In this document: positions 50,869-62,860 of the stretch, one piece after another
Layout of the letters: the number at the start of each line of letters is the position of its first letter
Position numbering within the stretch: the first letter of the stretch is position 1
Assembly: GCA_052327205.1 (NCBI GenBank)
Contig: CM126209.1
Location: 229,400,001 to 229,464,000, forward strand
Direction of reading: 5' to 3'
Source of the DNA: Somniosus microcephalus
Lineage: Eukaryota
DNA: 64,000 nucleotides
Translations under genes and position numbers: made by a program
The notes under the pieces: generated by a model
The model's input: the letters and a program-made list of their open reading frames with translations, nothing else
The model's database searches: none
Told to the model about the DNA's origin: nothing

Positions 50869-51049
50869 AATCTCATCAACAACTACTAACTTCTATCTTT
50901 AATGGTTTTACCGTTAGTCCGCCTTCAGCTAAAACAAGCTCACTAGCTCTAAGCTAGTTCTCCTGGCTTCAAATGGAACTCCCAGATCTCCTCTATTGCT
51001 AAAGCTCCCTCAGTGACTCCTAACTCTGTGTAAAGCCCAGAACTATACA

Positions 51050-51700
51050 GTAGTGTAGTGGTTATGTTATTGAACTAATAATCTAGAGAATGTGAGTTCA
51101 AACCCCACCATGGCATTTTGAGAATTTGAATTCAGTTGGAAAAAAAATCTGGTATCAATAAAAAAGTGACCATGAAGCTACCAGATTGTCATAAAAACCC
51201 AATTGGTTCACTAATGTGTTTTAGGGAAAGAAACCTGCTGTCCTTACCCAGTCAGCCCTACATGCGACTCCAGCCCCGCAACCATGTGGTTGACTCTTAA
51301 TTCCTCTCTGCGGTGCTCTAGCAATCCACTCAGTTGTGTCAAAACATTACAAAGAATAGAAGTGGATGGACAATTCGGTTGCAACCTAAGCTTTGGATCA
51401 GGACACCAGACCAGTCGATGCTGCAAAGTCCCCCTCACTGACATTTGGGGACTGGTACCAAAGTTGGGAGAGCCCTCCCACAGACTAGTCAAGCAACAGT
51501 CATAATCACTGCATCTATTAGCCAGCGTCCCAGACTCCTCCATCATCTTGTCCCACCAGCAGGATAGACCCACCAGAGGTAGGGGCACATTTGGGTGGGA
51601 ATGGCCCAGGGAACCCTCAATATTGACTTTCCCCCATGAAATCTCATGGCTTCAGGTCAAACATGGGAAAAGGAAAACTCCTCTTGATTACCACTTTCCA
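51050..51700 (+). mobile_element. Retroelement fragment with a tRNA-like head followed by LINE endonuclease remnants
   Basis: gtagtgtagtggtt (A-box-like), gagttcaaaccc (B-box-like), then IWGLVPKLGEPSHRLVKQQ peptide. Confidence 0.6.
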
Positions 51701-51948
51701 TCTTGCCTCAGTTGATGAATCAATACTCCTGAGGGACACAGCTGCCAGAACATGGACACTGCCTTCCAGGAAGTCTGGTCCCCAGCGCTGATATTGCAAA
51801 TATCTAGCAGCTCTTTTATTTTATCCCCATTAAATACTTGCAATTTTTAGCTTTATTAAAATGGCAACTAAGAAACAGAGGAGCCATTTATGCACAAAGT
51901 TTTACTGTATCTTAAGTAGTCCATATACTGTACGCCAGTTCTACTCAC

Positions 51949-52144
51949 CTAGGACAGCAGTATTGAAGGAGATCAGTTCCTTTTCCTTTCCATCATTGTA
52001 GAAAGCAAGATGCCATGTTCCTGAATCCAGGTACTGAACAAATACAGCTTCGTTGATGACCAAGGTCTGGATGCTTCTCCGCTCGCGTGGTGACTCCATC
52101 ATGCTCCACTTCTCCTTGCCATCAAGACGCTCCATGAAATCATA
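51949..52144 (-). CDS. TENM2: Teneurin (TENM2-like) coding exon, region just N-terminal to EGF repeat 1
   Basis: Translates [65 protein letters not shown], matching the teneurin-2 sequence as recalled; acceptor tttcag|TAT, donor CTAG|gtgagt; 196 nt, phase 0 to 1. Confidence 0.93.
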
Positions 52145-52679
52145 CTGAAAGCAGAAACAAAAGCAGTTGCAGTGTAAAATTGGCTTCAAATGAGCTCAGA
52201 TTTACCTTCGTAAATGAGATAATCCTCTTAACAATCATCTTAATTGAAGAGTTGTAGCTGAAGGAAGCAATTGAACTATAATCAGCTAGCAAACTCTTAA
52301 CTCTCTTTTAATTCTGCTTTAGAACTGCTAAGTAATTCCTTCATAATTTCCAAAGTGTTTGCTTCCAATTAATCTGATGATTATCACTTGATAATCAGAG
52401 TGATTGTGCCATGTTATTAATCATTCTATATAGATGTCATTATACTTCAAGTACACAAGGGGAGGTAATTTTGATTTTTTGCGATAGTGTAAAACGGGTG
52501 TTAGTGAATCGGCAGCCCTTTGTACATCTCTGCAGATTTTTATTTCCATTCAAGTGTCTTACCATTAATGGCAATTTTTATTAGTAGGAATATCACAACT
52601 GCTCTCCGCAAACGACAGTGAAAATGATCAAGAAGCAACAGCTACCTGGAAGTGCCCATGATTAGAATACTGCCCTATA

Positions 52680-53630
52680 AAGAAAGAACCTGCATTTATA
52701 TATTGTTTCATCACATTTCTCAAGACATCCCAAAGTGCTTCACGTTCAATGAATTACTTGCAATCACTGTTTATTTGGCAAACATGGCAGCCAATTTTTG
52801 CACAGCCAGGTCCCACAAATGGTAAATGAGGGGCCAGGATACCAGGTGAACTCCCGAATATTCTTTGAATAGTACCATGAGACCTTTTGCATTCACCAGA
52901 ACAAGTTGAATGTCTTAATCCAAAGGATGGCATCTCCAGCGATGCAACGCTTCAATCAGTACTACACTGAAGTGCCAGCCTAGGCTATGTGCACAAGTCG
53001 TGGAGCGGGGTTTGAACAACAAGTTGCATTTACAGAGTGCCGTTAACATAAGAACATAAGAAATAAGAGCAGGAGTAAGCCATTCGGCCCCTCGAGCCTG
53101 CTCCGCCATTCACTAAGATCATGGCTGATCATCGACCTCAACTCCACTTTCCCGCCTGATCTCCATATCCCTTGATTCCCCTGGAGTCTCAAAATCTATC
53201 TATCTCAGTCTTGAATATACTCAAAGACTCAGCATTCACAGCCCTCTGGGGTAGAGAATTCCAAAGATTCACAACCCTCTCAGTGAAGAAATTCCTCCTC
53301 ATCTCAGTCTTAAATGGCCTACCCCTTATCCTGAGACTATGACCCCTAATTCACAGAAATCACAGAAACCCCACAGTGCAGATAGAGGCCATTTCGGCCC
53401 ATCGAGCCTGCACCGACACATATCCCACCCGATCCCCGTAATTCTAGACACTCCAGCCAGGGGAAACAACCTCTCAGCATCTGCCCTGTCAATCTCCTTC
53501 AGAATCTTGTATGTTTCAATTACGCAGCAAAAACATCCCAAGGTGCTTCACAGGAGTGTTATCAAACAAAATTGATACCCACAATCTTCTGACTCAGAAG
53601 AGAATTGGCTACCAATGGTGCCAAGCTAAC
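52680..53630 (-). mobile_element. Deu-domain SINE split by nested L2 tail and CR1 fragments
   Basis: 52680-53015 and 53575-53630 align with the SINE at 54115-54560; CR1 fragment at 53046-53520. Confidence 0.7.
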
Positions 53631-54114
53631 CCTGGATAATACATAATGGTTACCCTCATGTAAATCTTGTGATAGTATTATTCTACGGCAATGAGAACAC
53701 AATTAGATCTTTTGCTTTTATTCAGTGTGATAGCACTGTTTATGTTTTATTCAATCCATTAGCATGCATTACAAAAATGACAGATGACAGAGAGCTACTG
53801 TGAACCTATTATTTAATCATGGATTTCAGATGATATCCATAAACTACTCAAGTTTTTCTCTCACAACTTCTGATGCCATCTGGAGCCCTAGAAAAAATAC
53901 CAACTGTATTAATCATTCACATTTCATATTTATTTCTAAATTTCACATGGTACTTGTTATTATACAACTGTGTGCTGAGTGATAATTAGTTGGGAAGGTA
54001 TTGAAGGGAAACCAAAGGGTTCCCTAAAGACAGGGACAGAAAAAATAGAACACAAATCAGGAGTTACTGCATTCCCTCCAGCCTCACTGCCACCTGGCTA
54101 AGATGAAGGCTAAG

Positions 54115-54560
54115 AAAGAAAGAAAGAACTTGCATTTATATAGTGCCTTTCATGACCTTAGGATGTCGCAAAGCGCTTTACAGCCAATTAAGTACTATTT
54201 GAAGTGTAGTCCCTGTTGTGCTGTAGTGAAATGCAGCAGCCAATTTGCACACAGCAAGGTTCCACGAACAGCAATGTGATAATGACCAGATAATCTGTTT
54301 CAGTGATGTTGGTTGAGGGATAAATATTGGCCAGGACACCAGGGAAAGCTCCCCTGTTTTTCTTCAAATTAGTGCCATGGGATCTTTTACGTTTCCCTGA
54401 GAGGGCAGACGTGGCCTTGTTTTAATGTCTCATCTGAAAGACGGCGCCCTCAGTACTGCACTGGAGTGGCAGTTTAATTACTTACTCAAGTCTCTGGAGT
54501 GGGATTTTGAACCCTTCTGACTCAGAGGCAAGAGTGCTACCACTATGCCACAGCTAACGC
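54115..54560 (-). mobile_element. Near full-length tRNA-headed Deu-domain SINE (SacSINE1-like) with L2-type tail
   Basis: Minus strand: A box tggcatagtgg, B box ggttcaaaatccc, core gtctgccctctcagg...gtaaaagatcccatggcacta...ggtgtcctggccaatatttatccc, tail tctttcttt. Confidence 0.8.
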
Positions 54561-54650
54561 CTGGGCGATCAGGACAGAAAAAGAATTAAACCCGAGATCT
54601 TCGTAGAATTACACAGACTTTACAGCCCAGAAACAGACCATTCGGACCGA

Positions 54651-54970
54651 CAGGACGATGCCAGTGTTTACAGGACAATGCCAGCGTTTACAGGACGATG
54701 CCAGCGTTTACAGGACGATGCCAGCGTTTACAGGACTATGCCAGCGTTTACAGGATGATGCCAGCGTTTACAGGACTATGCCAGTGTTTACAGGACTATG
54801 CCAGTGTTTACAGGACTATGCCAGTGTTTACAGGACGATGCCAGTGTTTACAGGACGATGCCAGTGTTTACAGGACGATGCCAGTGTTTACAGGACGATG
54901 CCAGTGTTTACAGGACTATGCCAGTGTTTACAGGACTATGCCAGTGTTTACAGGACTATGCCAGTGTTTA
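54651..54970. repeat. Minisatellite, 20-bp unit caggac(g/t)atgccag(t/c)gttta x16
   Basis: Direct inspection; explains the repetitive pseudo-ORFs at 54658-55089. Confidence 0.97.
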
Positions 54971-55444
54971 TGCTCCACATGAGCCTCCTCCCATGCTATT
55001 TACGTCATCTCACCCTATCGACATATTCTTCTATTCATTTCTCCCTCATTTACTTCTCTAGCTTCCCCAACTATGCATCTATGCTATAACAAAAACAGAA
55101 AATGCTGGATTTTACCAACCTCGGTGGGTCCGTGGCTGGTGACGTCGGTGGCGGGTCCCGGCCTCGTTGCTGGCTCCAGCCCGCTGTCCGAAAGTATTTT
55201 CCCCTGATTGGGCTTGTTAAGCCCACCCTGGGGGGTTCCTGGCCAATTGAAGGAAGCGGGTCTGATGACATCATTTGATGACACGTCATCAACTGATTTC
55301 CTTAAAGGGGCCATGTGCAAATTAATTTTGACATTTGTGCCATCAGTGTTCTACAGCATTGAGGTGCTGCAAATACTGACAAGCACTGCACAAAGGTGCA
55401 TGGCTGCACCCAGACTCTCCCATGGCTCCCTCCATATGCTTATG

Positions 55445-56278
55445 GAGTGGGGCAGGGAGTTAAAGTGACAGATGACCGGAAGCTCGGGGTCACGCTTGCG
55501 GACTGAACGGAGGTGTTCCACAAAGCGGTCACGCAATCTGCATTTGCTCTCCCCAATGTAGAGGAGACCGCGTCATAAGCAGCGAATACAGTACACTAAA
55601 TTGAAAGAGGTACAAGTAAATTGCTGTTTCACCTGAAAGGAATGTTTGGGGCCCTGGATGATGGGAAGGGAGGTGGTCAAAAGGAAGGTGTTGCATGTCC
55701 TGTGCTTGCACGGGAAGGTGCCGTGGGAAAGGGAGCGGGTGTTGGGGGTGATAGAGGAGTGAACCAGGGTGTCGAGGAGGGAACAGTCCCTCTCAATCTG
55801 CAAGCGTGACCCCGAGCTTCCGGTCGCTTGTCATTTTAATTCTCCGCCACACTCCCACTCTGACCTCTCTGTCCTTGGCCTCCTACACTGTTCCAATGAA
55901 GCTCAACAAACAGCACCTCATCTTTCTATTAGGCACTTTACAGCCTTCCGGACTCAACACTGAGTTCAACAATTTCAGATAATAACCACTGACCCCATTT
56001 TTTTAGACAACAGCTGTTGGTAATGGTTCTGCTATTCCCATTTACACCTCCTCTAGACACATCTTTTGTTTCTTTACTTGTCCTATTACCATCTCCTTTC
56101 GCCTTGCACCATCATCCCTTTTGTCATTTAATCTCTCCAGCCTTCCACCCTATCACAGACCATCCCTTTTGTTCTTTCTTCCCCTGCCCACTTTCCCTTC
56201 CTCTGTACTTGTTTAAAACCTGTTACATCTCGAACGTTTTCCAGTTCTGATGAAAGGTCATCGACCTGAAACGTTAAT
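55445..56278. mobile_element. Penelope-like element remnant: GIY-YIG region on minus (about 55445-55790) joined to an inverted plus-strand 3' end (about 55797-56278)
   Basis: FTCTSFNLVYCIRC and DRFVEHLRSVRKRDPELPV.CHFNS peptides (GIY-YIG endonuclease); hammerhead-containing tail. Confidence 0.8.
56243..56278 (+). ncRNA. Minimal hammerhead ribozyme motif (Penelope-associated)
   Basis: agtt-CTGATGA-a-aggtc(atc)gacct-GAAA-cg-tt-aa: intact core boxes, perfect 5-bp stem II, palindromic ACGT stem III. Confidence 0.65.
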
Positions 56279-57206
56279 ATCTTACATGTATGGCCCCTAG
56301 TTTTGGATTCCCCCACAAGTGAAAACATCTTCTCTACATCTACCCTATCGAACCCCTTCTTAATTTTAAAGATCTCTATGAGTTCACCTCTCAGTCTTCT
56401 CTTTTCCTATTAGAAGGTCCACTATAGTCAATAGAGGAGCCTGAATATCTGATAAGAAAAATCCAATCCGACCAATTTGTCACACTGAGGACTGACTAAA
56501 CTGTGCTGACAATGTTTAATGTTCATTTGCTCCTATAACCCATTTTGCAGCTTCTCCTCAATGACCTTCTCAAATCTCTCATCATCTCTCAGGCTAATAT
56601 TGCATTTTGCCCAGAGGTGTTAAACAATAGCCAGGGGGGATGGAAGGAGATGGACACGGTCATATATTAACTTTGACAAAAGAAAATAATGCAGACGAAT
56701 TTGCGACCAGGGAATAAGAAATATGTAGCAGAGTTTGGGAAGCTGGTAGTCCATTAACAGGAATGCTTGGTTAGGGACAGCACACTTTCCTCACACTTTC
56801 CTGGTTTATAGAGATAGTCCAGGCTGGAAGAGAAGGCCTCTAATAAATATGGGATCTGTCACAATTTAACTCCTAAGAAATGTTATATATTTCTAGTATA
56901 TATCTATGAGATGTGAAGGGTCACTTTAAATTTGGTTACTACATGATTGCTTTCTCCAGGCTGGAATGGTAAATATTACAGTATGATTTGCAAAATAACA
57001 CTTCAAAGGCATTGGCAGGGAAATTGGACCCTGTTTTGTCCATTTTTGGGTGTAAGATTAAGGTAAAAAAATTGATCAATTTTGCGGAGTTATGTTCTAT
57101 ATTTCAAGGACGCCTGAAATGTGTCCGACCCCATATTGGGTCAGGCGATATTCAGGCACCCCTGGTAGCCACCTAAAAGGGGCATTAGGCCGCTTGCATA
57201 TATTAA

Positions 57207-59228
57207 TGACTAATCTACTGGAATTTTTTGAGGATGTAACTGGTAAAATATATAAGGGAGAACCAGTGGATGTGGTGTATTTGGACTTTCGATAAGGTCC
57301 CGCATAAGAGATTAGCGTGTAAAGTTAAGGCACATGGGATTGGGGGCAAGGTATTGACTTGGATAGAGAACTGGTTGGCAGACAGAAAGCAAAGAGTTGG
57401 AATAAACGGGTCTTTTTCTGAGTGGCAGGCAGTGACTAGTGGGGTACCGCAGGGATCGGTCCTTGGACCCCAGCTATTCACATTGGCCCAGAAATTCGGG
57501 TCTCCACGGGTGAGTATGCACAGGGTACTCACCCGTAGGCCGAATGGAAGTGCCGGTTTTCTGCATGCACTGCGCATGCGCAGGAAACCGGCACTTCCGA
57601 TCCTCTGAACGAAGGGGTTCAGAGGTCGAACGCGCGCGCAGGGGAGGCTGCGCGTGCGCTTTAAACTTAAGTTTTTTTTTTACAGGTTTTCCCGGGAGGG
57701 TAAGCCTGCAGGATTTACACATTTAAAAAGCAGGCGTAAGGGCCTGCTTTTTGCAAGGTAAGTGGTCAATTAATTAAAATTAAAACAGTTTTTCCACAGG
57801 TTTATTATTTTTAAATACTTTAAAGCAAGGTAAGTTTATTTTTAGCCCCGTTAGAATATAAAATTATTTTTTTCAAAAATTTAAATTATTGTTTAAAATA
57901 GTTATTTAATGTAATTTATAGTTTATTTAAAAAGTGTGATTTAAAAAAAAAATTATTTGAAGGTTTACTGCTATTTTGGGGCCTGTAGTATTTATAGGTT
58001 TTGACAGGCCTTCCTGTCAATCTTATGAATGGGCTTTTCCCTCCTCCGATTGGCTGCCCATGGCTCACATGATCCCAGGGGACGCATCGCACTAACTACA
58101 CCCCTGGGACACGCAAGCACAGCGCGCCGGCAGCTGGGCCAGGCCCCGGAGCGGAATTCCAGGGGGCCCTACAGCTCAACTGCCGGCACGCAAGGTAAGT
58201 GCAGGTCAGGGGCTTACACTCACGGGAAGCCCCCGACCCGAATTTCTGGGCCAATATATATTAATGATCTAGACAAGGGAACTAGATGTAACATCACCAA
58301 ATTTGCAGACGACACAAAGCTGGGTGGGCGTGTGTGCTGTGAGGAGGATGCCGAGAAACTCCAGGATGATTTGGACAGATTGGGTGATTGAGCAGAAGCA
58401 TGGCAGATGCAATATAATGTGGATAAATGTGAAGTTATCCACTTTGGTGCCAAAAACAAGAAGGCAGATTATTATCTGAATGGCAATAGATTGGGAGAAG
58501 GGGAAGTGCAGCAAGACCTGGGTGTCCTTGTGCACCAGTTGCTGAAGGTAAGCATGCAGGTGCAGCAGGCAGTTAAGAAGGCAAATGGTATGTTGGCCTT
58601 CGTAGCAAGAGGGTTTGAGTACAGGAACAAGGATGTCTTGCTGCAGTTGTACAGGGCCTTGGTGAGACTGCATCTTGAGTATTGTATGCAGTTTTGGTCG
58701 CCTTATCTGAGGAAGGATGTTCTTGCCATGGAAGGAGTTCAGCGAAGATTCACCAGGCTGATACCTGGGATGGCAGGAATGACGTATGTGGAGAGATTGG
58801 GTCGATTGGGCTTGTACTCGCTGGAGTTTAGAAGAATGAGAGGGGATCTCATTGAAACTTATAAAATTCTGACAGGACTGGGCAGACTAGATGCAGGAAG
58901 GATGTTCCCGATGGTCAGGGAGTCCAGAACCAGGGGTCACAGTCTAAGGATAAGGGGTAGGCCATTTAGGACAGAAATGAGGAGGAATTTCTTCACCCAG
59001 TGAGTGGTGAACCTGTGGAATTCTCTACCACAGAAGGCAGTAGAGGCCAATTCATTACATATATTCAAGAAGGAGTTGGATATATTTCTTAAGGCTAAAG
59101 GGATCAAGAGGTATGGGGAGAAAGCAGGGACCGGGTACTGAATTTGGATGATCAGCCATGATCGCATTGAATGGCGGAGCAGGCTCGAGGGGCCGAATGG
59201 CCTACTCCTGCTCCTATCTTCTATGTTT
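57207..59228 (+). mobile_element. 5'-truncated CR1 LINE interrupted by a MITE
   Basis: TNLLEFFEDVT, VPQGSVLGPQLFT | IYINDLD, FADDTKLGG and CR1 tail. Confidence 0.92.
57485..58252. mobile_element. Harbinger-type MITE inside CR1
   Basis: Perfect inverted ends (att)ggcccagaaattcgggtc / gacccgaatttctgggcc(aat); interrupts the RT at LFT|IYIND. Confidence 0.88.
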
Positions 59229-60528
59229 CGTAACGCCTGCTCCAGAACCCATCTCCTAAATTGGTCAGGGCTGAGCGGCGCATGAGCCGGGCGTGCTCTG
59301 CTCAGGTTTTCCTGCATTTGTTGTGGCCTAACCCGTGACTGCCAACAAAAAAGTCAGGTTTTTAATATATACTTATGTTCACATAGGTCAGGGAGGTGCA
59401 CTGCTGCAGGCACCTGCTGGCCCAAGCTAGGCTCCCTCCCATTCTCCTCCCTCCTCCAATCCCAGGACATACCCAAAGGCTGCTGCTGACCAGGTAGATG
59501 GCCCAAATTGAAGGCCAGCTGCCACTGGAGGCACAACAGGCCCCTGCAGTTCATCGGAAATATGCTGATGAGGTTCGAGGCCGAATTTCAGGCGACAGCC
59601 TCGGACCTCTGGCCTCTGGCGTGCACTCTTTGTGCGCCAATCATTTCAGGCCTGACAACAGGCCTGATCGAATTTCTAGGTCATTACTCCTAGATGAATA
59701 CATTGTGACTGCAAAGCATGTAGAAATAACCAAAAACAGACTGCATACTTTGTTTCAAAATCTATCAAATTAATGTAAAATGCTTGGTAACACGTGCAAA
59801 CGGGCTGGGGTCTCAGACGCACATGGGGAGAGATCAAGAAACCATCACATTAATTAGCTAAACTTGATTCAACTATACAAGGTACTTTTTTGTTTTCCTC
59901 TATCCCAGTTTCTAGCTTCAAAGGAGATGAGAGGTTTACCCCAGGCAGCATGGTCCGAGTTCACCAGTTCTATCATTGTAATGCAACTCGTGGAGATGCT
60001 TCTCATAGAGCATTGTGGGCCATTACAAACAACCAAGTGTAAAAGTACCAGTAAAGAAAGGGAAATATTGACGTTCCAGGCCGAGCCCTTTGTCAGGACT
60101 GGAATCAGTAATGTCACCATTTTCCTTTTTTAACACATACTAACTGACTGTTTTTGATATTTTCCGTTTTTGTTTCAAATTTCCAGCATCTATGTTATGT
60201 TGTTCTTTTAAAAAAAATAAAAGTTACTGTAGAGGTTTAGTATTATGAGGAGAATTAGGAAAGTGTCATCTCTTTTTATTATTGTTGAAGGAGCGCGAGT
60301 TAAAAGTTCTGAAAAAACAGCTTAGGGTTGTGGTACAGTCCATTGCTGCTATGTATTTGTTATTTCTAATGAACTTGTTCTATACTTTATAACCCAACCC
60401 ACAATCTTATCTCTGTAACCTCCTCCAGCCCTACAACCCTCCGAGAATTCTCTGTTCCTCCAATTCTGTCCTCTTGTGCATCCCCAATATCCTTCGCCCC
60501 ACCATTGGCGGCCGTGCCTTCTGCTGTC

Positions 60529-61492
60529 TAATCATAATCATAATCATAATCATAATCAACTTTATTGTCATTGCTAGTGCACAAGTGCAGTACAACGAAA
60601 TGTAGTCTTGCGGCTCCCGAGAGTGTACATTTAGATTAAGACATTTAACATTCAACATTCATTTGGCTTGTAATACATAAACATAATAAAGTGCATTGAC
60701 AGATGTGCAGGCTTTAGTGTTTATTTGTAGAGTTCAGTAGGATGACAGCCCTGGGAAAGAAGCTGTTCCTAAATCTGGTCGTTCGGGTGCGAATGCATCT
60801 GTAGCATCTCCCAGATGGCAGGAGGGCGAACAGACTGTGGCTGGGGTGGGTAGGGTCTTTGATGATGGTCAGTGACCTCCGTAAACAGCGTTTCTGGTAG
60901 ATGTTCTCTATGGTCGATAGCCGGGTGCCGGTAATGCGTTGGGCAGTTTTGACTACCCGCTGCAGGGCTTTCCGGTCACAGGAGCTACAGCTGCCATACC
61001 ACACTGTGATACAGTTCGTCAGGATGCTCTCTATTGTGCAGCAGTAAAAGTTAGAGAGGATCAGGGGTGACAGGCTACATCCCTTCAGCCTCCTTAGGAA
61101 ATATAGGCGCTGCTGGGCCTTCTTTACCAAAGAGGAGGTATTGAGGGACCAGGAGAGGTCTTCCGTGATGCGGACTCCGAAGAACTTAAAGCTGTCCACC
61201 CTTTCCACCACAGCCCCATTGATGTGGATGGGGGTGTGACTTCCGCCTTTAGACTTCCTGAAGTCCACAATGATTTCTTTGGTTTTCTTGATGTTAAGGG
61301 CCAGGTTGTTATCGGCGCACCACTTCACGAGATGCTGGACCTCCTCCCTGTAGGCTAACTCATCGTTGTTGGTGATCTGGCCAACCTCCGTGGTATCATC
61401 CGCAAACTTGATGATGGTGTTGGAACCATGAACAGCCACACAGTCGTGGGTGAAGAGGGAGTAGAGGAGGGGGCTCAGCACACAACCTTGTG
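60529..61492 (-). mobile_element. Rex1/Babar-like non-LTR retrotransposon, 5'-truncated
   Basis: Uninterrupted ORF PQGCVLSPLLYSLFTHDC...KFADDTT...KTKEIIVDFRK...KKAQQRLYFLRRLK; AATAAA and (ATTATG)n tail; sits inside an L2 fragment (about 60405-60528 and 61493-61620). Confidence 0.85.
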
Positions 61493-61834
61493 GGGCCTCC
61501 ACCTTTCCTCCATAAACCTCTCTGGCCCTCCACCTTTCTCTCCTCCTTTTAGTTGCTCCTTAAAACCTACCTCTTTGACAAAGCTTTTGGTCACCTATCC
61601 TAATATCTCCTTATCGCTTATTTATTCTTCTGCTTTCTGAAGTCTGCGAACTCTCAAGAGGGTTCAAGTCCTATCTAGTAAGCTAAAAACAGTAACAAGA
61701 GACTCTGTTCAATACATAAGCAATGCTGCCTTACCGGATATTGGACGTGTAAAGTCACACTCGGGTTCGTAGGGAGTGAGGACTCGCTTACGGGAATGAC
61801 CTTTGGCATGGAGATGTCTCCCAGTCCAGCAATG

Positions 61835-62155
61835 CCTCAATTTAAAATTCTCATCCTTGTGTACAAATCCCTCCATGGTCTTGCCCTTGCCTATCTCTGT
61901 AACCTCCTTCGCCCCACCATTGGGCCTTCTGCTGTCTAGGATCTACACTCTGGAATTTTCTCCCTAACCTCTTTGGCCCTCCACCTTTCCCTCCTCCTTT
62001 AAGATGCTCCCTAAAACCTACCTCTTTGACCAAGCTTTTGGTCACCTGTCCTAATATCTCCTTATGTGGCTCGGTGTCAAATTTTGTCTGATAACGCTCC
62101 TATGAAGCACCTTGGGACTTTTACTGCATTAAATATACATGCAAGTTGTTATTGT
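61835..62155 (+). mobile_element. L2-type LINE 3' fragment
   Basis: Homologous to 44670-45065. Confidence 0.75.
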
Positions 62156-62679
62156 ACAGCACCAGAGAAATATCTACATAACAGGCCTATTGATGCTTTA
62201 CGGGCATGGCTCCTTGCAAGCATTGATTTTGGACTCAGGTTTTTGCAAGCTTTCACAGGTCATGTTATTTGTTGGAGTTTGCTTAATAGAAATGAATGGA
62301 TAAAGAGAACAGATTGCTTTCCCTAGTTGCGCTTACTTTTGCCCAGCCACAATGTGATGTGTGGACTATCACTCCTGGTCACTGGAAGTGCATGGGCTGA
62401 TATTGGGTGAGCGCAAAATCAGGTTCAGCTGTGATGGCCCCCATGGGTGAACAGGCTGTCAGAGCTCATTGTCTACGGTTACACTCACACATGACGACTG
62501 TCAACTTGGGTGAGGTGCCAGAAGAGTTCCAGCACGGGTGGAACTGTATCTGAGCATGAGTTAGTGCTTCGCAGAAGTGTGGGATCAGGCAAGAAAACAA
62601 GGGAGAACATCACAGGCTGAGTCCCACGATTGGCTTACTTGCCTATTTTCCAGGTGCAGTCCAGCACAATCAACACCTA

Positions 62680-62860
62680 AAAACAGATGACCTTGTCATT
62701 ATCACATTGCCGTTCGTGGGAGCTTGCTGTGCACAACTCGGCCGCCGGGTTTCTTACATTGCCACAGTGACTACACTTCAAAAGTGCTTCATTGGCTGTA
62801 AAGCGCTTTGGGACGCCCTGAGATTGTGAAAGAGGCTATATAAATGCAAAGCTTTCTTTC
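62680..62860 (+). mobile_element. Deu-domain SINE 3' fragment
   Basis: Reverse-complement homology to 54115-54300. Confidence 0.7.

Larger units (their letters stand above)
57014..59682. mobile_element. Probable older Harbinger-type MITE hosting the CR1
   Basis: Degenerate ends ggcagggaaattgg / cgaatttctaggtc with ATT on both sides. Confidence 0.45.

Noticed and set aside
54500-54560. tRNA gene
   Set aside because: The A/B boxes belong to a SINE head; no complete cloverleaf is evident
54658-55089. Cys-rich repetitive ORFs; also considered as a CRISPR-like array
   Set aside because: Pure 20-bp tandem repeat with no unique spacers, in a vertebrate intron; the ORFs are translation artefacts
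62545-62570. Possible upstream TENM2 exon end (...HAQ)
   Set aside because: No GT donor follows and the upstream sequence does not translate to teneurin; the neighbouring exons appear to lie outside the window
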